Below, piece after piece: positions 27,960 through 41,765 of a stretch of DNA of 64,000 nt. A program made the translations under genes and the position numbers. The DNA is from Phyllobates terribilis (Eukaryota). The notes beneath the pieces are model-generated. The model saw only the letters and a list, made by a program, of their open reading frames with translations. It did not search any database and was not told where the DNA came from. The stretch spans positions 2,542,001 to 2,606,000 of the forward strand of contig NW_027362982.1 in NCBI RefSeq assembly GCF_046119375.1, in the 5' to 3' direction. Position 1 is the stretch's first letter. Each line of letters opens with the position of its first letter.

Positions 27960-29085
27960 TGACGCGCCCCCTGGGCCGTGGGGTACTCGGCAGCCGGGCC
28001 TCTGGTTGCTGGGGGAATATCATGGTAGCTTGCCCGGTCCGTGACCCAGGGTGGTCAGTAAAAGGGGGAATAGTTTATAGGGGATTTGGGAAAGTGTTTG
28101 TGATGCCACCTGTGGAATGCAGCTAAGGGGTGCTGCCACTGCGGAGGAGTCCTCTGGAGCTGGTGTGATGGCAGCAGGGATGGTGCGGCTCTCCACAAGT
28201 AGAGATAGCTCCAGGGCAGCGTTGGGTGTAATGGATGGTGGTGCAGGGGACAGACGGCAGGACGGTCCCGGAGGAAAGACGGACACTCACACGGGGGTAA
28301 GCTTCAGTACCTTTACTGGTGATGGTGCAGGCACGGTCCAGGGTACTCCGGGCGAAGGGCGCACTTTTGGACTCTCCCCAGTGAGCGGGTATAGGGCCTC
28401 CTGATCCGTGGCTTTACTCGCTAAGCTTCTGACCTGCCTGGAGCTAGGCCTAGCTTGGTTACTGTCTCTCTTTGCACCTGCTGACCTGGTGGTAGGGCCT
28501 TCTCTTGGAGATCACTCTCCTTGGATGCTGGGGCCTCCGTGACTCCTAGCCCTGGTACTGTAATCAGCGTTTGGTGAACCTGGGAACTGTAGTCCTCCAG
28601 GAGTTCCGGTGGTTCCTACTGGGTGTAAAGGGTCCCTGTAGGCGCGGAGACGGTGTCCGGTATATATATCGGGGTGAGCCTGGTATGCTCCTCTGCCCCC
28701 TCACTACTTCTTCCTTCTCCTCTCGCCTTCGGCCACTCAGGGCCCTCACTAGGCCTTCACACGTGCTGTAGGCCTTGGCTTGCCTAAGCACAGCAGCCAG
28801 CGTGCTGCCTCTTCGCTGCTCTCTGAGCGTCAGCACGCTCTCAGCTCAACTCTGAGCTCTGTCCCTCTCTGTGTCTGAGTAGGACCTGTCTGAACTCACT
28901 TCAGACTAAAACACAAACTGAGCTGCCTGGCTCCACCCTCCCTATATATATATCCCTAACGGGCTCCCTCTGCTGGTGTGAGGTGGTAGGGTGGAGATGT
29001 GTGAATGTGTGAAGGCCTCTTGTGGAGAAGTCCATCCATGCACCCTTCTGGGTTCTGTGGCACCAATGCGCAGCAGGGTGCCACA
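27960..29085 (-). mobile_element. Solo LTR related to the G2 LTR
   Basis: Reverse complement starts TGTGGCACCCTGCTG and ends GGGGCGCGTCA; TSD CAAT/CAGT. Confidence 0.88.
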
Positions 29086-31303
29086 CAGTAAATCTAGATA
29101 ATTACCTGTTTTAGTTGGCTGAAGAGTGGGTTTTGATTATTGATCCTGGTGTTCCGGGGAGCCACTTGTGTTTGTATGGCTAGAGAGGTAGTTTACTGTG
29201 GGGACTAAATGGTAACATTAGGTATGATCTGGACAAATAGACATGTACCTGACAAAACATATAATACACAAATTGCGATAGGGTAAAATACGTTACCAGT
29301 AAGGAAATGATGATTGATTAGGTGAACTCTATTTGGTTCAGTTCTACCCAACGGCTTGTTCTATGGTAAGTATGACTACTTCGGTCACAGTTTAGTCCAC
29401 AATTTCACTGTGTTAACCTGTAGGGACTTGAAGTGAGTTAATTAGTAAGGGTATATTTATCCCTCGTACTGATGTTATATAGTTTATAAAATATAGAATA
29501 AAATTACCACTGGCTGGTTTAGGTGGTAAATTTAATTATACTAGGGGGGCTGGTTGGCCGGTGTATTTTGGCTGCAGGATTCCTGTTCCTGTTAGTCTGA
29601 GGTACAAACGTTGGTTGGCTATTCAGTTTTAGAATTAGGCATAAGAATTCCCTGTAGTGTCCAGAGAGCCTTTTGGCTCTATAGTGTGTACCATAGGCGG
29701 AAGTTCCTATATAGGCAGCTGTCTTGAAAACATTGGTGAGGCAGTGCGGTACCTTAAGTAGTTATTGATCCGTGGTGTTGCGGCTTTCCTGTTGATGCAG
29801 TGCAGAGGTGTACTGCTGGCAGAGCAAGGCAGGAGCTGGTGGATGTCGGAGTCCAGGCCGGAGACTCCGGCATCAGCGTGCAGCGTCCGGAAGTAGAGTG
29901 GCGTCTGTGTATAAGGACCTGTGTAGCGTCAGGTCTTAGTTGGTCACGTGACCGAAGTTGAAGACGGAGAGCAGGGAGGACCAATGATCCATTACCTATG
30001 GGGTATATGGTGCCCCTCACTTCTTGCTGCAAGTAATACTGACTATATCCACCAGCACCCCTAAACCCCACTTTCTTTCTCTACATAGTTATTAATACAT
30101 ATTTCTAGAAGTGTTTATTTAATAAAAAATAGATCTAGATAGAAAAAAAAAAACCTATTGGAAGATCAGGTTTTCTTTGTCTGTCAGGTCGAATAATGCT
30201 ATTAACCTGCAGGTTAGCAGGTGCCCAGCGGCGGCGAGTCTCCCAGGAGAATATGAACTTTATTTCTCCCCGATACTGGCGACTTTCAGTCATGCAGGTG
30301 TGGCACCCCAGGGGTCTGGTTGCCGCAGTGGTAGAAATACCTTGTCTGAGAGCGAGCATGGGTTTTCCTGGTCAGGAACATTATTGCATGCCACACCTCC
30401 TGCCCCAGTCCAGGGAGGGGAGGAACCTGCCCTTTATAAACTGGAGCTGGGGCGGGGTTAGTCTAGTCTAGTCCAGAGAGAGGGACAGAGCAGCAGCAAG
30501 GAGCTCTGTAGGAGCCAGGAGCTGAAGACCAGGGACTGGAGCCGCGGAGCTCGTCCTGGCAGAAGACGCAGAGAACCGGACACCGGAGTCCGAGGCTGTG
30601 GGGATTCTACACCCAGCAGCAGAAACCACCTGGCAGGGGATTTCAGGTCCTCTGGCCATAGAAAGGCCAGACGCTAAGTCACACGCAAGGGACAGGCACC
30701 GCCATCGAGGAGCGGAAGTCAACAAAGGCCCCAAGTCACCAGCCATACGGGTGAGCACCACACGGTACACTCAGGGACGTGGGCTACTACACGACTACAG
30801 CAGGGTAGCCAGGAAGAGTGCAGTCAGATGGGAAGGCCTACACCTCCACCTGGCCAGGGGGACTCTTGTTCGCTCACAGAGTGACCAGGCCTCTAATGTT
30901 AGCCAGTACTCCCGGCAGGGCCTTCTTCCTTACCAACAGTAAAGACCCTGAACTGCACTGCACGGAGTCATTTCTGCTGCGCCCATGTACCACAACCCTC
31001 ACCATCTACACACGCTGCCCTGAGGCTATACTCCTCCCGTGGGGAGTTATACTACCCTTTGCTGCGCACACAACATCAGCCTCAGCTGTCTGCCCCGCAG
31101 CGGCGGTTTTCAGTGACCGCAATCCATGGGTGGCGTAGTCGGACATTTAAACATTACAAAACCAAGTTAACAGATCCGCCACTGGTTTGACCACCCTGAG
31201 CCACGGGACCGGGTCGCCGCCACGGAGACTACAACCCCTAGCATCACACAGAGATCCGGCTCCGGGTATTCCCCCACACACGGCCCAGGGGGCGCGTCAA
31301 CTT

Positions 31304-31322
31304 TGGCGTAGTCAGCAGGATT
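31304..31322 (+). promoter_or_regulatory. tRNA-Ser primer-binding site of G3
   Basis: TGGCGTAGTCAGCAGGATT, one mismatch to the complement of the vertebrate tRNA-Ser 3' end (...AAUCCUGCCGACUACGCCA). Confidence 0.85.
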
Positions 31323-31688
31323 TTGTGCCCGCAACCACCGGGTACTGCGTGCCTGAAGAAAGACTGTGATACTTACCGTGGTGAAGTTTCCCGCCATCCG
31401 CAACCATTTTCCCACCATCCGCAGCCATTTTCCCGCCATTGGGCGCCATTTCCGGGACGCCGCGCTGGAAGAAGTGGGGCGTGGACACCAAAAGCGCGCG
31501 AGAGCTGAAGCCCCACCTTACGCACTGACGCTGTGCAAGGTCCTGGAAGGAGCCCCGCGGACGCCGACATCACCAGCGCGCGACGCAAAGTCCTCGACCC
31601 CCGACGATCGACTGCGGAGCCGCGGCCTACAGAGAAAAAGCAACGAAAGGTAGGCCACGGTTAACTAGGGGGGAGGAAGACACCAGGA

Positions 31689-32672
31689 ATGGAGGGAGCT
31701 CCCACCGCCAGCGCGGCTGCTGCCGCAGTGATGCCTTTCACGATGCCGTATATCCCAGGAGCGGCATGGTTACCCCAGTACTCAGGGGAGTCGCATACCC
31801 TGAGTGACTTTAAAGAAAGACTGTATAGCCTATTCAAAGTATACCCCCTGTCCGAGGAACAAAAAGTGAGCATCCTGACAGGTCAGTTAATCGGGGCAGC
31901 CCAAAGAGAAGTAAAGTCCTGGTCAGCCAGGGGAAAGGGGACTGTAAAGGAAATACTGGCCCGTCTAAAGGACACTTTTGATACCCGCACCTCAGCAGAG
32001 ATCAAGTTAAAATTTTATGGATGCAAGCAGCGGGCACAAGACAGTATACGGGACTATGCTTTCAATTTGCAGGAGGCCCTGAGAGCCATTAAGCAGGCAG
32101 ACCCTGACAGTGTGCAGAATGAGGATAAGCTGTTGACTGAACAGTTCATTGAGGGTCTACTGTCCAGCGCCCACCGAACCCAGTTGCGTGTTATTTCCCT
32201 CCAGAACCCTGATTTAGACTTTGCGCAGTTTAAAGACAGGGCCATCTGGGTGCTCCGAGAACCGGCACCAGGTGGTTCTGTAACCCACAGGCGCCCTGCT
32301 ATCACCTACCACCAGGAGGCGGCGCCCTTGTCTGCAGAGCCTGTGGGAGCTGATGCACAGGCTTTGGACAAAACCCCGGCTGCAGACCTGCACCATCAGG
32401 TCCAAGAACTGACCAAAAGCGTTGCCGCGCTAACCAGAACTGTGCAGTCTTTACAGGTGTCTTCCCCAGGAAAGATCCAGCCGGCTTCCAGTCTGGAGGA
32501 TGTCCCTTGGAGTCGATGGAGGAGGATCCCATCATCCAGAGGAAGGCCAAGCAACCGCTACGACCAGGACGGACAACCCATCTGCCGCCGCTGCAACCAA
32601 CCAGGACATATGGCAAGGTACTGTCATTTAAACGGGCCCAACATGGGGCAGAGGGCCGACCCCCAGGCATAA
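31689..32672 (+). CDS. G3 Gag (PNMA-like capsid plus CCHC zinc knuckle), open, 327 aa
   Basis: YIPGAAWLPQYSG, LTEQFIEGL, CRRCNQPGHMARYC. Confidence 0.85.
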   Translation: MEGAPTASAAAAAVMPFTMPYIPGAAWLPQYSGESHTLSDFKERLYSLFKVYPLSEEQKVSILTGQLIGAAQREVKSWSARGKGTVKEILARLKDTFDTRTSAEIKLKFYGCKQRAQDSIRDYAFNLQEALRAIKQADPDSVQNEDKLLTEQFIEGLLSSAHRTQLRVISLQNPDLDFAQFKDRAIWVLREPAPGGSVTHRRPAITYHQEAAPLSAEPVGADAQALDKTPAADLHHQVQELTKSVAALTRTVQSLQVSSPGKIQPASSLEDVPWSRWRRIPSSRGRPSNRYDQDGQPICRRCNQPGHMARYCHLNGPNMGQRADPQA

Positions 32673-35600
32673 GATCTTCAGGCCCATCGAGCTGGCGTGA
32701 TAAGTACGTAGGGGGACGACCGGTTTTACCCGTGGTGCTGGATGGCATCCCTATGAGTGCACTACTGGACACCGGGTCACAAGTAACCACCATCCCCTAT
32801 GTGCTCTTTAAGCGGTACTGGAATGACTCGGATATTACCCGCTACCCAGATGACGATTTGAGCATCATTGCCAGCAATGGTCAGCCCGTACCGTAGGTGG
32901 GATTCAAGGAGGTGACCATAAAAATTGGTAAAGTTGGACTGCCAGCGCAAGGACTGATTATTGTGGACATTGACCGTCGTGAAAGCCACCCTAAGATAAC
33001 CTTGGGTACTAATGTTATTGAAAATTGTCTTGTAGAGATAACTGTCATATTACAGCAGGTTGCGATGAACGCCAGCTCCAGCCAGCAGCGTGTCTTACAA
33101 AAAGAGATCAGAGCCCTGATGAAAAGGCAACAGGTAGAACTGTCTGGTGGTGAGATTGGTAGTGTTAGGATGAGCGACCCGTTCCCTATCGCCATGCCCC
33201 CAAAGAGTGAGATGGTGATCTGGTGCCGGACTGCAATCGGGTTAAGAGAAAGGGACTACCAAGCCATGGTAGAACCTGTCTACTCAGACAGTAGGCCCAC
33301 CATTTTGACAGCACGGGGGGTGGTCGATGTACCCCATGGGGGGGTACCCGTCCGCATCCTAAACATTGGGGAAAGAGAAGTATACTTGCCCCGGTATGCC
33401 ACACTAGCCAAATTGTTCACTGTTAACCAAAATGGCCGTGGAACCTTTGCCTCCATCTCAACCAGAGGAGGGTAACGGCTCCAAGAAACAAATGGAGGAC
33501 TGGTGTCAGAAGCTGCATGTGGGCACCAACTCCACTCCCTCACACCAAAAACAGGGAGTCTACCGGGTGGTGCAGGAGTACGAAAGGGTCTTTAGCAAAC
33601 ACTCGCTAGACTTTGGGCAAGTAAAGGGGGTAGAACATCACATCCCCACGGGAGACCATCCACCCATAAAGGAAAGATACCGACCTGTACCCCCTGCACA
33701 CTATCAGAATGCCAAGGGAATGTTGCGAGAAATGAAGGAGGCTGGGTTAATCAGGGACAGCTGTAGCCCCTGGGCAGCTCCACTAGTTCTTGTGAAAAAG
33801 AAAGATGGCACTATGAGAATGTGTGTCGATTACAGAAAGGTCAACCGTATCACACACAAAGATGCGTACCCGTTACCTAGGATAGAGGAATCTTTAGCTG
33901 CATTAAAGTCTGCTAACTTCTTCTCCACTTTGGATCTTACTAGCGTGTACTGGCAGGTTCCTGTAGCAGAGGCTGACAAGGAGAAGACCGCGTTCACCAC
34001 CCCGATGGGTCTCAGCGAATTCAACTGTATGCCGTTCGGGCTCTGCAGCGCACCAGGAGCCTTCCAGCGGCTGATGGAGTGCTGCCTAGGGCACAGGAAT
34101 TTTGAGACGGTCCTGCTCTACCTAGACGATGTCATCGTGTGTTCCAAAACATATGAGGACCATCTGAAACACCTGGCAGAGGTGTTTGACGCCCTGGCAG
34201 GCTACGGCCTAAAGGTGAAACCCTCCAAGTGTCATCTACTGAAACCAAAGGTACAGTACCTGGGACATGTGGTGAGTGCTGACGTAGTAGCTCCAGACCC
34301 TGATAAGATCACAGTGATTAAGGACTGGCCAAAACCCTCCAGCATAAAGGAAGTGCGGCAGTTCCTCGGGTTGGTAGGCTACTACCAAAGATTCATCTCC
34401 GGGTTCACCAAGATGGCAGCCCCTATGCAAGATCTCCTGTTGAGTCAGTCAAAGACCAAGAATCAGAAGCCGCCCTTCAGGTGGGACAAGCAGGAAGAGG
34501 AGTCTTTCCGCCAGCTGAAGATGGCCCTCACGGAGGATGAGGTCCTGGCTTACCCTGATTACGGCCAGCCTTTCATCCTCCACACAGACGCCAGTAACGT
34601 GGGGCTGGGAGCCGTACTATCCCAGATGCAACAGGGCAGAGAACGGCTAATTGCTTATGCCAGCAGAAAGGAATCCTGAAAATTACAGCTCCTTCAAGCT
34701 AGAGTTCCTCGCGGTGGTATGGGCAGTGACAGAGCGCTTTAAACATTACCTTGCCTCTTCCAAGTTCACCGTGTACATGGACAACAACCCGTTGACACAC
34801 CTGGACACTGCAAAACTTGGTGCCCTGGAGCAGAGATGGGTGGCCCGCCTACCCAACTATGAGTTCACCATCAAATACCGGGCGGGACGCACAAATGCGA
34901 ACGCAGACGCCCTGTCCAGGATGCTGAACTTGCCAGACGGGTGGAAGATCCAGAAGAACTGGAAGAGATTGAACTCCCTGCGTTCCACCGTCGTGGGATT
35001 ACCCAGTATTCCCACCGTGTAAGGGACAGGCACTCTGCCACGTTCAATCCCTTACCCCACTACAGCTGGGAGGAGACGCAAGACAGTGACCCAGCCGTCC
35101 ACCTGGTAAAAGAGATGCTGACACAGGCTGGTGCCCGCCTTGACCCAGACGCTCCGGAAGAAACCAAACAGCTGTGGAAGGAGAAGAGTAAACTGTTTCT
35201 CTACAAGGGGAAGCTGTGCCGGAGGATTGTCAACTCCCGGACACATGAGCTGACCTGGCAGGTAGTGGTCCGGAGACGAGACGCGGCTATGGTCCTGGAG
35301 GCATACCACGACGGAGCAGGGCACTTTGGATGGAAGAAGTTGGAGTTCCTGTTGCGTGAACGGTTCTTCTGGGTAGGCATGAGAGGGGCAAGATAGATGG
35401 TGCAGAGACTGCGGCCCGTGCAACCTGAGAAGAAAGGACCATGCCAGCCACAAGACTCCCCTGCAGTCCATCATTACCAAGCAGCCACTAGAACTGGTAG
35501 CCCTGGTCCATGTGAAGCTGGCTCCAAGTAGGTCCGGGTACGTCTACGCCCTCACCATCGTAGACCACTACTCTCGGTTCCTGGTGGTGGTCCCTGTCAA

Positions 35601-36786
35601 GGACTTAACAGCTCAAACAGCAGCCAGAGCCTTCCAGCAGCACTTCTGCCGTCCACACGGGTATCCGGAGCAAGTGTTGACTGATCAAGGTCCAGCCTTC
35701 GAAGCGGAGGTCTTCCAGGAGTTCTGCAACCTCTATGGCTGCAAGAAGATAAGGACAATGCCCCATTACCCCCAAACCAATGGATTGTGTGAGAAGATGA
35801 ACCAGGTGGTGATAGACTTGCTGAAAACGTTGCCCCTGGAAGAATGCAGTCTGTGGCCTGAAAAACTGCCTGATCTGGTGGACTTGTATAACCACATCCC
35901 AGTAAATTCCACCAACTGCACCCCGGCTTACCTAATGAGAGCAAGACCTGGTAAGCTGCCTATTGACCTGGATATGGGAGTCCTGACACCTGAGGACACC
36001 TCGCCAGAGGCAGACTGGGATACAGAACGGCAGCAGCAGTACCGGAAAGTGCAGGAGAGTGTTGAGAGAAGTCTGTCTCAAGCAAGAGAAAGGCAAGAGA
36101 GGACTTACAACCAGCATCCTCCCGCTGCTCCCCTGGTGCCTGGAGAGCAGGTCTTGAAGAGGAAAAAGCGGCTCCATAAGTTGGATGACCAGTGGGAGAA
36201 AGACCTGTACACAGTACTGCCCTCAAGTCATGAAAATCCGAAAGTGTGCATTACCAGTAAGGATGGAGGAGAGACCACAGCCACTGTCTCCAGAGACCAC
36301 CTGAAGAAGTGTCCCGAGCAGCTGCAAAGCACTGATGAAGACCAAGATAGCCCTCAACCCGCAGAGGAAAGGGAAGAAATGGTCAGTACAGTACTCGGAG
36401 AATTTCCCCGGTCCTGGACACAGATTAACAACGCTATTGTGGTACCCGTCCTTACCTTTCTCCAGCCAGCCCCTCAAGGGCCTACAGAAGAGCAAGTAGT
36501 GTTGGGAGAGCAACCGGCCCCGGAGGCAGAAGATTCCATACCAGCAGCCCAGGAGAATCAACCCTCTGCTAGTAGTGAGCCTGCCGTGCCCGTGGTATGC
36601 CAAAGAGTATGCAGAAAGCTGCCCAGCCTACCCGTAACATCCCCAAACACCTGTAGTGCAGACACTAGCGAGCCCACTACACAAGGGGTGGAAATAGGGG
36701 ACCCAGAAAGAACACCACCAGATAGTGTGTTACGTAGGTCAACCAGGAGCACTAGAGGTCAGAGGCCCGCTTGCTGGAGAATCTAG
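32627..36786 (+). pseudogene. G3 pol in the -1 frame; stop at 32894-32896 and several frameshifts
   Basis: LLDTGSQVT, YLDDVIVC, HTDASNVGLGAV, VLTDQGPAFE/PQTNGLCE. Confidence 0.93.
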
Positions 36787-38841
36787 AAAAAGAAATGATA
36801 AATACCTGTATTTTGCAAATGTTAAAATGTTTTATGTTTGTTACCCGAATACTAATTATGTTTCTCTAGTTACCTGACAGGGTTTATGGACTGACAGGTT
36901 ATAGACAATGAATAACCGGATCTGTACCTTGTAAATAGTTGCACCTGTTAAGTGCCCCCTTTGTGCCAGACCACAGAACAAAAACCCGTGGAGGTGGCTG
37001 AAGACGTGGTCCAACGCCGGATCATCTATGCCCTGTAGCCACCCCAGGGCCTACGTGGAGGGTTTGGGACGGGTCCCTCAAAATGCATCTTTGGTGACAT
37101 GGACACCTGGTTACGGAAGCGCCGTGACCTATAAAAACTGAACTCCTTGTACATATGTTGTTGTGTTATTGCTTATATATGTTGTTAGAAATGTGTTTAG
37201 TCTCGGAGTACTAAAATTTACTAGGGGGGAATGTGGCACCCCAGGGGTCTGGTTGCCACAGTGGTAGAAATACCATGTCTGAGAGCGAGCATGGGTTTTC
37301 CTGGTCAGGAGCATTATTGCATGCCACACCTCCTGCCCCAGTCCAGGGAGGGAAGGAACCTGCCCTTTATAAACTGGAGCTAGGGCGGGGTTAGTCTAGT
37401 CTAGTCCAGAGAGAGGGACAAAGCAGCAGCAAGGAGCTCTGTAGGAGCAAGTAGCTGAAGACCAGGGACTGGAGACGCGGAGCTCGTCCTGGCAGAAGAC
37501 GCAGAGAACCGGACACCGGAGTCCGAGGCTGTGGGGATTCTACACCCAGCAGCAGAAACCACCTGGCAGGGGATTTCAGGTCCTCTGGCCATAGAAAGCC
37601 CGGAGGCTAAGTCACGCGCAAGGGACCGGCACCGCCATCGAGGAGCGGAAGGCACCAAAGACCCAAGTCACCAGCCCTACGGGTGAGCACCACACGGTAC
37701 ACTCAGGGACGTGGGCTACTACACGACTACAGCAGGGTAGCCAGGAAGAGTGCAGTCAGATGGGAAGGCCTACACCTCCACCTGGCCAGGGGGACTCTTG
37801 TTTGCTCACAGACTGACCAGGCCTCTAATGTTAGCCAGTACTCCCGGCAGGGCCTCCTTCCTTACCAACAGTAAAGACCCTGAACTGCACTGCACGGAGT
37901 CATTTCTGCTGCGCCCATGTACCACAACCCTCACCATCTACACACGCTGCCCTGAGGCTATACTCCTCCCGTGGGGAGTTATACTACCCTCTGCTGCGCA
38001 CACAACATCAGCCTCAGCGGTCTGCCCCGCAGCGGCGGTTTTCAGTGACCGCAATCCACGGGTGGCGTAGTCGGACATTTAAACATTACAAAACCAAGTA
38101 AACAGATCCGCCACTGGTTTGACTACCCTGAGCCACGGGACCGGGTCTCCGCCACGGAGACTACAACCCCTAGCATCACACAGAGACCCGGCTCCGGGTA
38201 TTCCTCCACACACGGCCCAGGGGGCGCGTCACAGGCGTTACTGGAACAATTACAGTCACTACTCACAGCATTAAGAGAGATGGCATATCCCCGTATTCAG
38301 CAATGCATCAGTGCAAAGCTAGTTGTCAGTCAGTGCCGGGGCCTGGACACAGCCACTCCGCTCAGTGCTGTGAGCAGTGACTCATTTCTACTAATACACC
38401 TGCATGACTGAAAGTCCCAGGCTCCTGGGAGAAATAAAGTTACATTTTCTCCTAGGCAAGCACTTTCAGCACTATGGCAGGGAACCTTCATAACAATATT
38501 AACTTGAAGATTAACCCTATAGCTGCAGGTTAATAGCAACACTGGACAAGACAGCTTCCGTAACTAACACTATTCTATCTGTGAACCCTTTCTAGGAAAA
38601 TCCAGTTCATTTCTTGCACCCTTTTAAAAAGTACTTTTTGTCAGATTTACTTTTAAAACCAGATGAAACAGGACACATGATAAAGGCTACAAGAGCAAGC
38701 TCCAGATGGATCATTTACTTTTCACAATAAAAGGTACAGCAAAAGGATAGGCATCCTGTTTTGACAGGTTATTTTTTTTTCCAATTTTGGCGAGGAGAAA
38801 AAAAAAAAAAGAAGTTGAGTGAAGTTTCATAGACTAGGTTG

Positions 38842-39236
38842 TTAAAGGGGTGCTCCAGGAATGTAATGAAATCGCAATCACAATTCAAACACAGCATGTC
38901 CTAGTCACATGTCAGGAAGAGCGAAGAAATCGAGAGAAGAGAATAGAAAGAAAAAAGAAATCTTCTTGGCTGACTGAATACAAAGGATATTCGTATGCAG
39001 TCTCAGTCATCTGTGCTCAGTCAGCTGAAGAGAAGATTTTCTTCTTCTTCAGTCACAGGCTTCCCCTCAGATCATGTAAGTATGTGTGCGTACGATACAG
39101 CTTCTGACAGTTGACACACAGGTCTCAGAAGCAGTGTTTTTTTCAGAGTGCAGCCAGTCCTGACGAGTAGAAAGGGTTGCATTTAAATTATGTGACGGGG
39201 CCATTTTATTACGTTCTTGGAGGAGAACCCCTTTAA
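38842..39236. mobile_element. T2-type MITE with TTAA TSD
   Basis: TTAA-AGGGGTGCTCC...GGAGAACCCCT-TTAA. Confidence 0.75.
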
Positions 39237-39285
39237 ACAGAAGCTTGCTTACTGGATTAACAAGCATCAAGCTTACTCAGATGTA

Positions 39286-41206
39286 CCGTATTTTTCAGAC
39301 CATAAGATGCACTTTTCCCCCCCAAATTTGGGAGGAAAATGGGGGGTGCGACTTATGTTCCAAACGCTGCTTACCTGCGGTGGTGGTGGAGCGAGATAGC
39401 GGGGCCTCCCTCCTTCAAGAACCCGGTGGTGGTGGTGGCAGCAAAGGAGGTGAGATGCTGCGGGTGTCTGGCTGGGGGCAGACGCGGTTTGGACTTGATA
39501 CGGGAAGTGTCTGGCTTTGGGCCCTGTGAGCGGCACAGGTTTCCAGTGTGCACGGTCATCTTCCTGAAGCTGTGATCCGCAGGAAAATGGCCACCCGAGC
39601 CGGCGCATGCGCTGACTTGAAGCTCAGGCAGCCATTTTCATGTAGATAGCAGCTTCAGGAAGATGGCCGCACACACCGGAAACCTGCGCCGCTCACCTGC
39701 CCAAGCCCGCAGCTAGACACTGCCTGCATCCAGTCCATCCCGCACCTTCTCCCAGACAGAAACTCGCAGCATCTCACCTCCTCCTCCTTTGCTGCCGCTG
39801 CCACCACCACCGGTCCCCAGGCAGGCCTCAGTGGCGCGCAGCCACGCCAGATCGCCAAGCCCCGGGCCTCAGCCAGGCCACCAGCCATGGACCGGGTCTC
39901 AGCCAGGCCCCCAGCCATGGACCGGGCCTCAGCCAGGCCCCTAGCTATGGACCGGGCCCCAGACATGGATCGGGCCCCAGCCAGCCACCGGGCCCCAGCC
40001 AGCCACCGGGCCCCAGCCAACTCTTCTGCTGCAGGGCAGTGCAGGGTTGATGGTAATGCTGGGGGTTGTAGTGCAGGAGAGATGGCGCAGCGAAAATAAC
40101 TGACAAAGGCAGTGGAGTGCAGTCATCCGAGTTTACTCACAGTTCTTTTTAGGTTCCTCAGGTACACTGTACGGGTGTCAGCCTCCCGCGTCGCACTGCG
40201 TTTGCCAGACAGGGGTTCAGCACTCTCTCTAGTATATGAGAAGCGCTTAACGGGACCCCATTTTTGTATGTTCCTTTCTTGACCGACTTCCCGCGCTTTG
40301 TCTTCTCCCTCCTGCCCTGCGCCTCGCAAACAAAGTCCCGAACGGGTACTCTGAGATCCCGGACCTACTTGGTGCTCTTTTCGGTGGCTTAGATGAGAGT
40401 ATGGCAACTGCACCTTGGAAGTGCAGAAGCCTCCGGTTTTCTGGCTGAGACGTGGAGTACTCGGCCAGTCCAGGGACCGGTTCCCTTCTTGCGGCCTGAT
40501 CCCTCTGACACCTGGCAGATTCGGGTGTACGGGTGGCCTCCTGCTCCTTCCATACCCCTGGAATCCCTTTCCTTACTGGAGCCTTACTCCTCTGCTCCCC
40601 TCCTGGGCCTTCCTTACTAGACCCCACTATGGAGCAGAGCTCCTGAAGAGACTCTGCTCCCCTCCACTTTCTTGCTTCCTCTCTGACTGAACTGAACGCT
40701 GTTTCTAAGATGGCTTCCCTTTTTATATCTTCCTAAAGTGCTCCCCTGAACTACGTCCTCCACCCACATCCACTACATGGTTCCCCCTCTCTTTGGTTCC
40801 CCCTTCTCCAGCCAGGGACGGGGAAGCAAAACAAGTGCATAAGGCCCTTCCAGCCGGCCTGGAGTAGTGTGGTGTTGAATGCAGGTGTTGGGGTCCCGGG
40901 CAGTACTCCATCCTTACCTGAGAGAAGGAGATACCACACCTCTGGGTGAGGCGCAGTAACTCTGTGGCGACTGAACCCTCAGGGGCGCCACAGAGGGCCC
41001 TGCAATCCAGCTCCACCGCAACTCCCCGCTGCTGGAGCACCGGATTCCTGAAGGACCCTGCCTCCTGTGACCTTCGCTCCACTGCCCCCCAGATAAGATA
41101 CTGTACCTATTCAGACTATAAAACGGACCCCCATCTTATAAAAATATATTTTTTTCTATATTCCACCCCAAAATTTGGGGTGCGTCTTATAGTCCGAAAA
41201 ATATGG
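39286..41206. mobile_element. Tc2-type MITE containing a 30/18-bp minisatellite (39862-40020) and a truncated family-D LTR
   Basis: TA-CCGTATTTTTCAGACCATAAG...CTTATAGTCCGAAAAATATGG-TA. Confidence 0.8.
40031..40992 (-). mobile_element. Family-D LTR fragment, one end missing
   Basis: Colinear with 22740-23752; ends AGGGGCGCCACA. Confidence 0.85.
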
Positions 41207-41428
41207 TATATGCCTCATAATAAATTTGGCACATCTTGTGCTGCAGGTGCGCCAACACAAACTCCAACATTTATGAACTGACTCAAATTTCCGCTACAAT
41301 TTACATCAATCCCTCCCACTAAAACCCACCACACTCTGTTTTATGAAAATTGGTGCGACAGCAGTGTAATTTTTTTTTCTCCACAAAACAGCAATCCCAA
41401 GTTAAAATATTTTTTCATTTTCTCCTAC

Positions 41429-41545
41429 CTCTGTGACCAGGTCTGGCTTCACTCGCACAGTGCACCTTCTGATTGCTGTCTGAAATGTAAAGCTGATGAC
41501 ACCTTTCACCTTTAATAATGTTTCTTAACATAGGTATTTCCTATC
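41429..41545 (-). pseudogene. ARMC1L: ARMC1-like exon 5 (117 nt) with nonsense codon
   Basis: AG/GT flanks; [38 protein letters not shown] compared with ARMC1 [39 protein letters not shown]; TAA at 41525-41527. Confidence 0.95.
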
Positions 41546-41765
41546 CTGAAAGTCCATAGTGGTCACTTCTTCCTACAAAAAAAAAAAAAAAAAAAATTAA
41601 ACAAAATAAATTAGGCAGAATTTTGCAGCTTAATATTTACCTGAATAGAGAGATATTTTAAGCCATTCTTTAAAAAAAAAAATCTTGGACGCCCTTTTAA
41701 AAAGTGGATCGAAGCTATAATAAGTTCTGTGTGCAGTATGGCAATATCAAACAGATGACCCTTAC

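Larger units (their letters stand above)
30299..38231 (+). mobile_element. Full-length Gypsy element G3, TSD CAGG; LTRs 30299-31299 and 37232-38231; inserted in a MITE
   Basis: Near-identical LTRs, PBS at 31304, PPT before 37232, gag then PR-RT-RH-INT. Confidence 0.97.

Noticed and set aside
27440-30060. Penelope or L1 remnant flanking the solo LTR
   Set aside because: No RT or GIY-YIG motif was recognisable in any frame, so it is left unclassified.
38995-39080. Plus-strand ATG...GTAAGT mini-exon MQSQSSVLSQLKRRFSSSSVTGFPSDH, resembling a synapsin-like PKA motif
   Set aside because: It lies wholly inside a TTAA-flanked T2-type MITE (38842-39236), and no partner exons were found.
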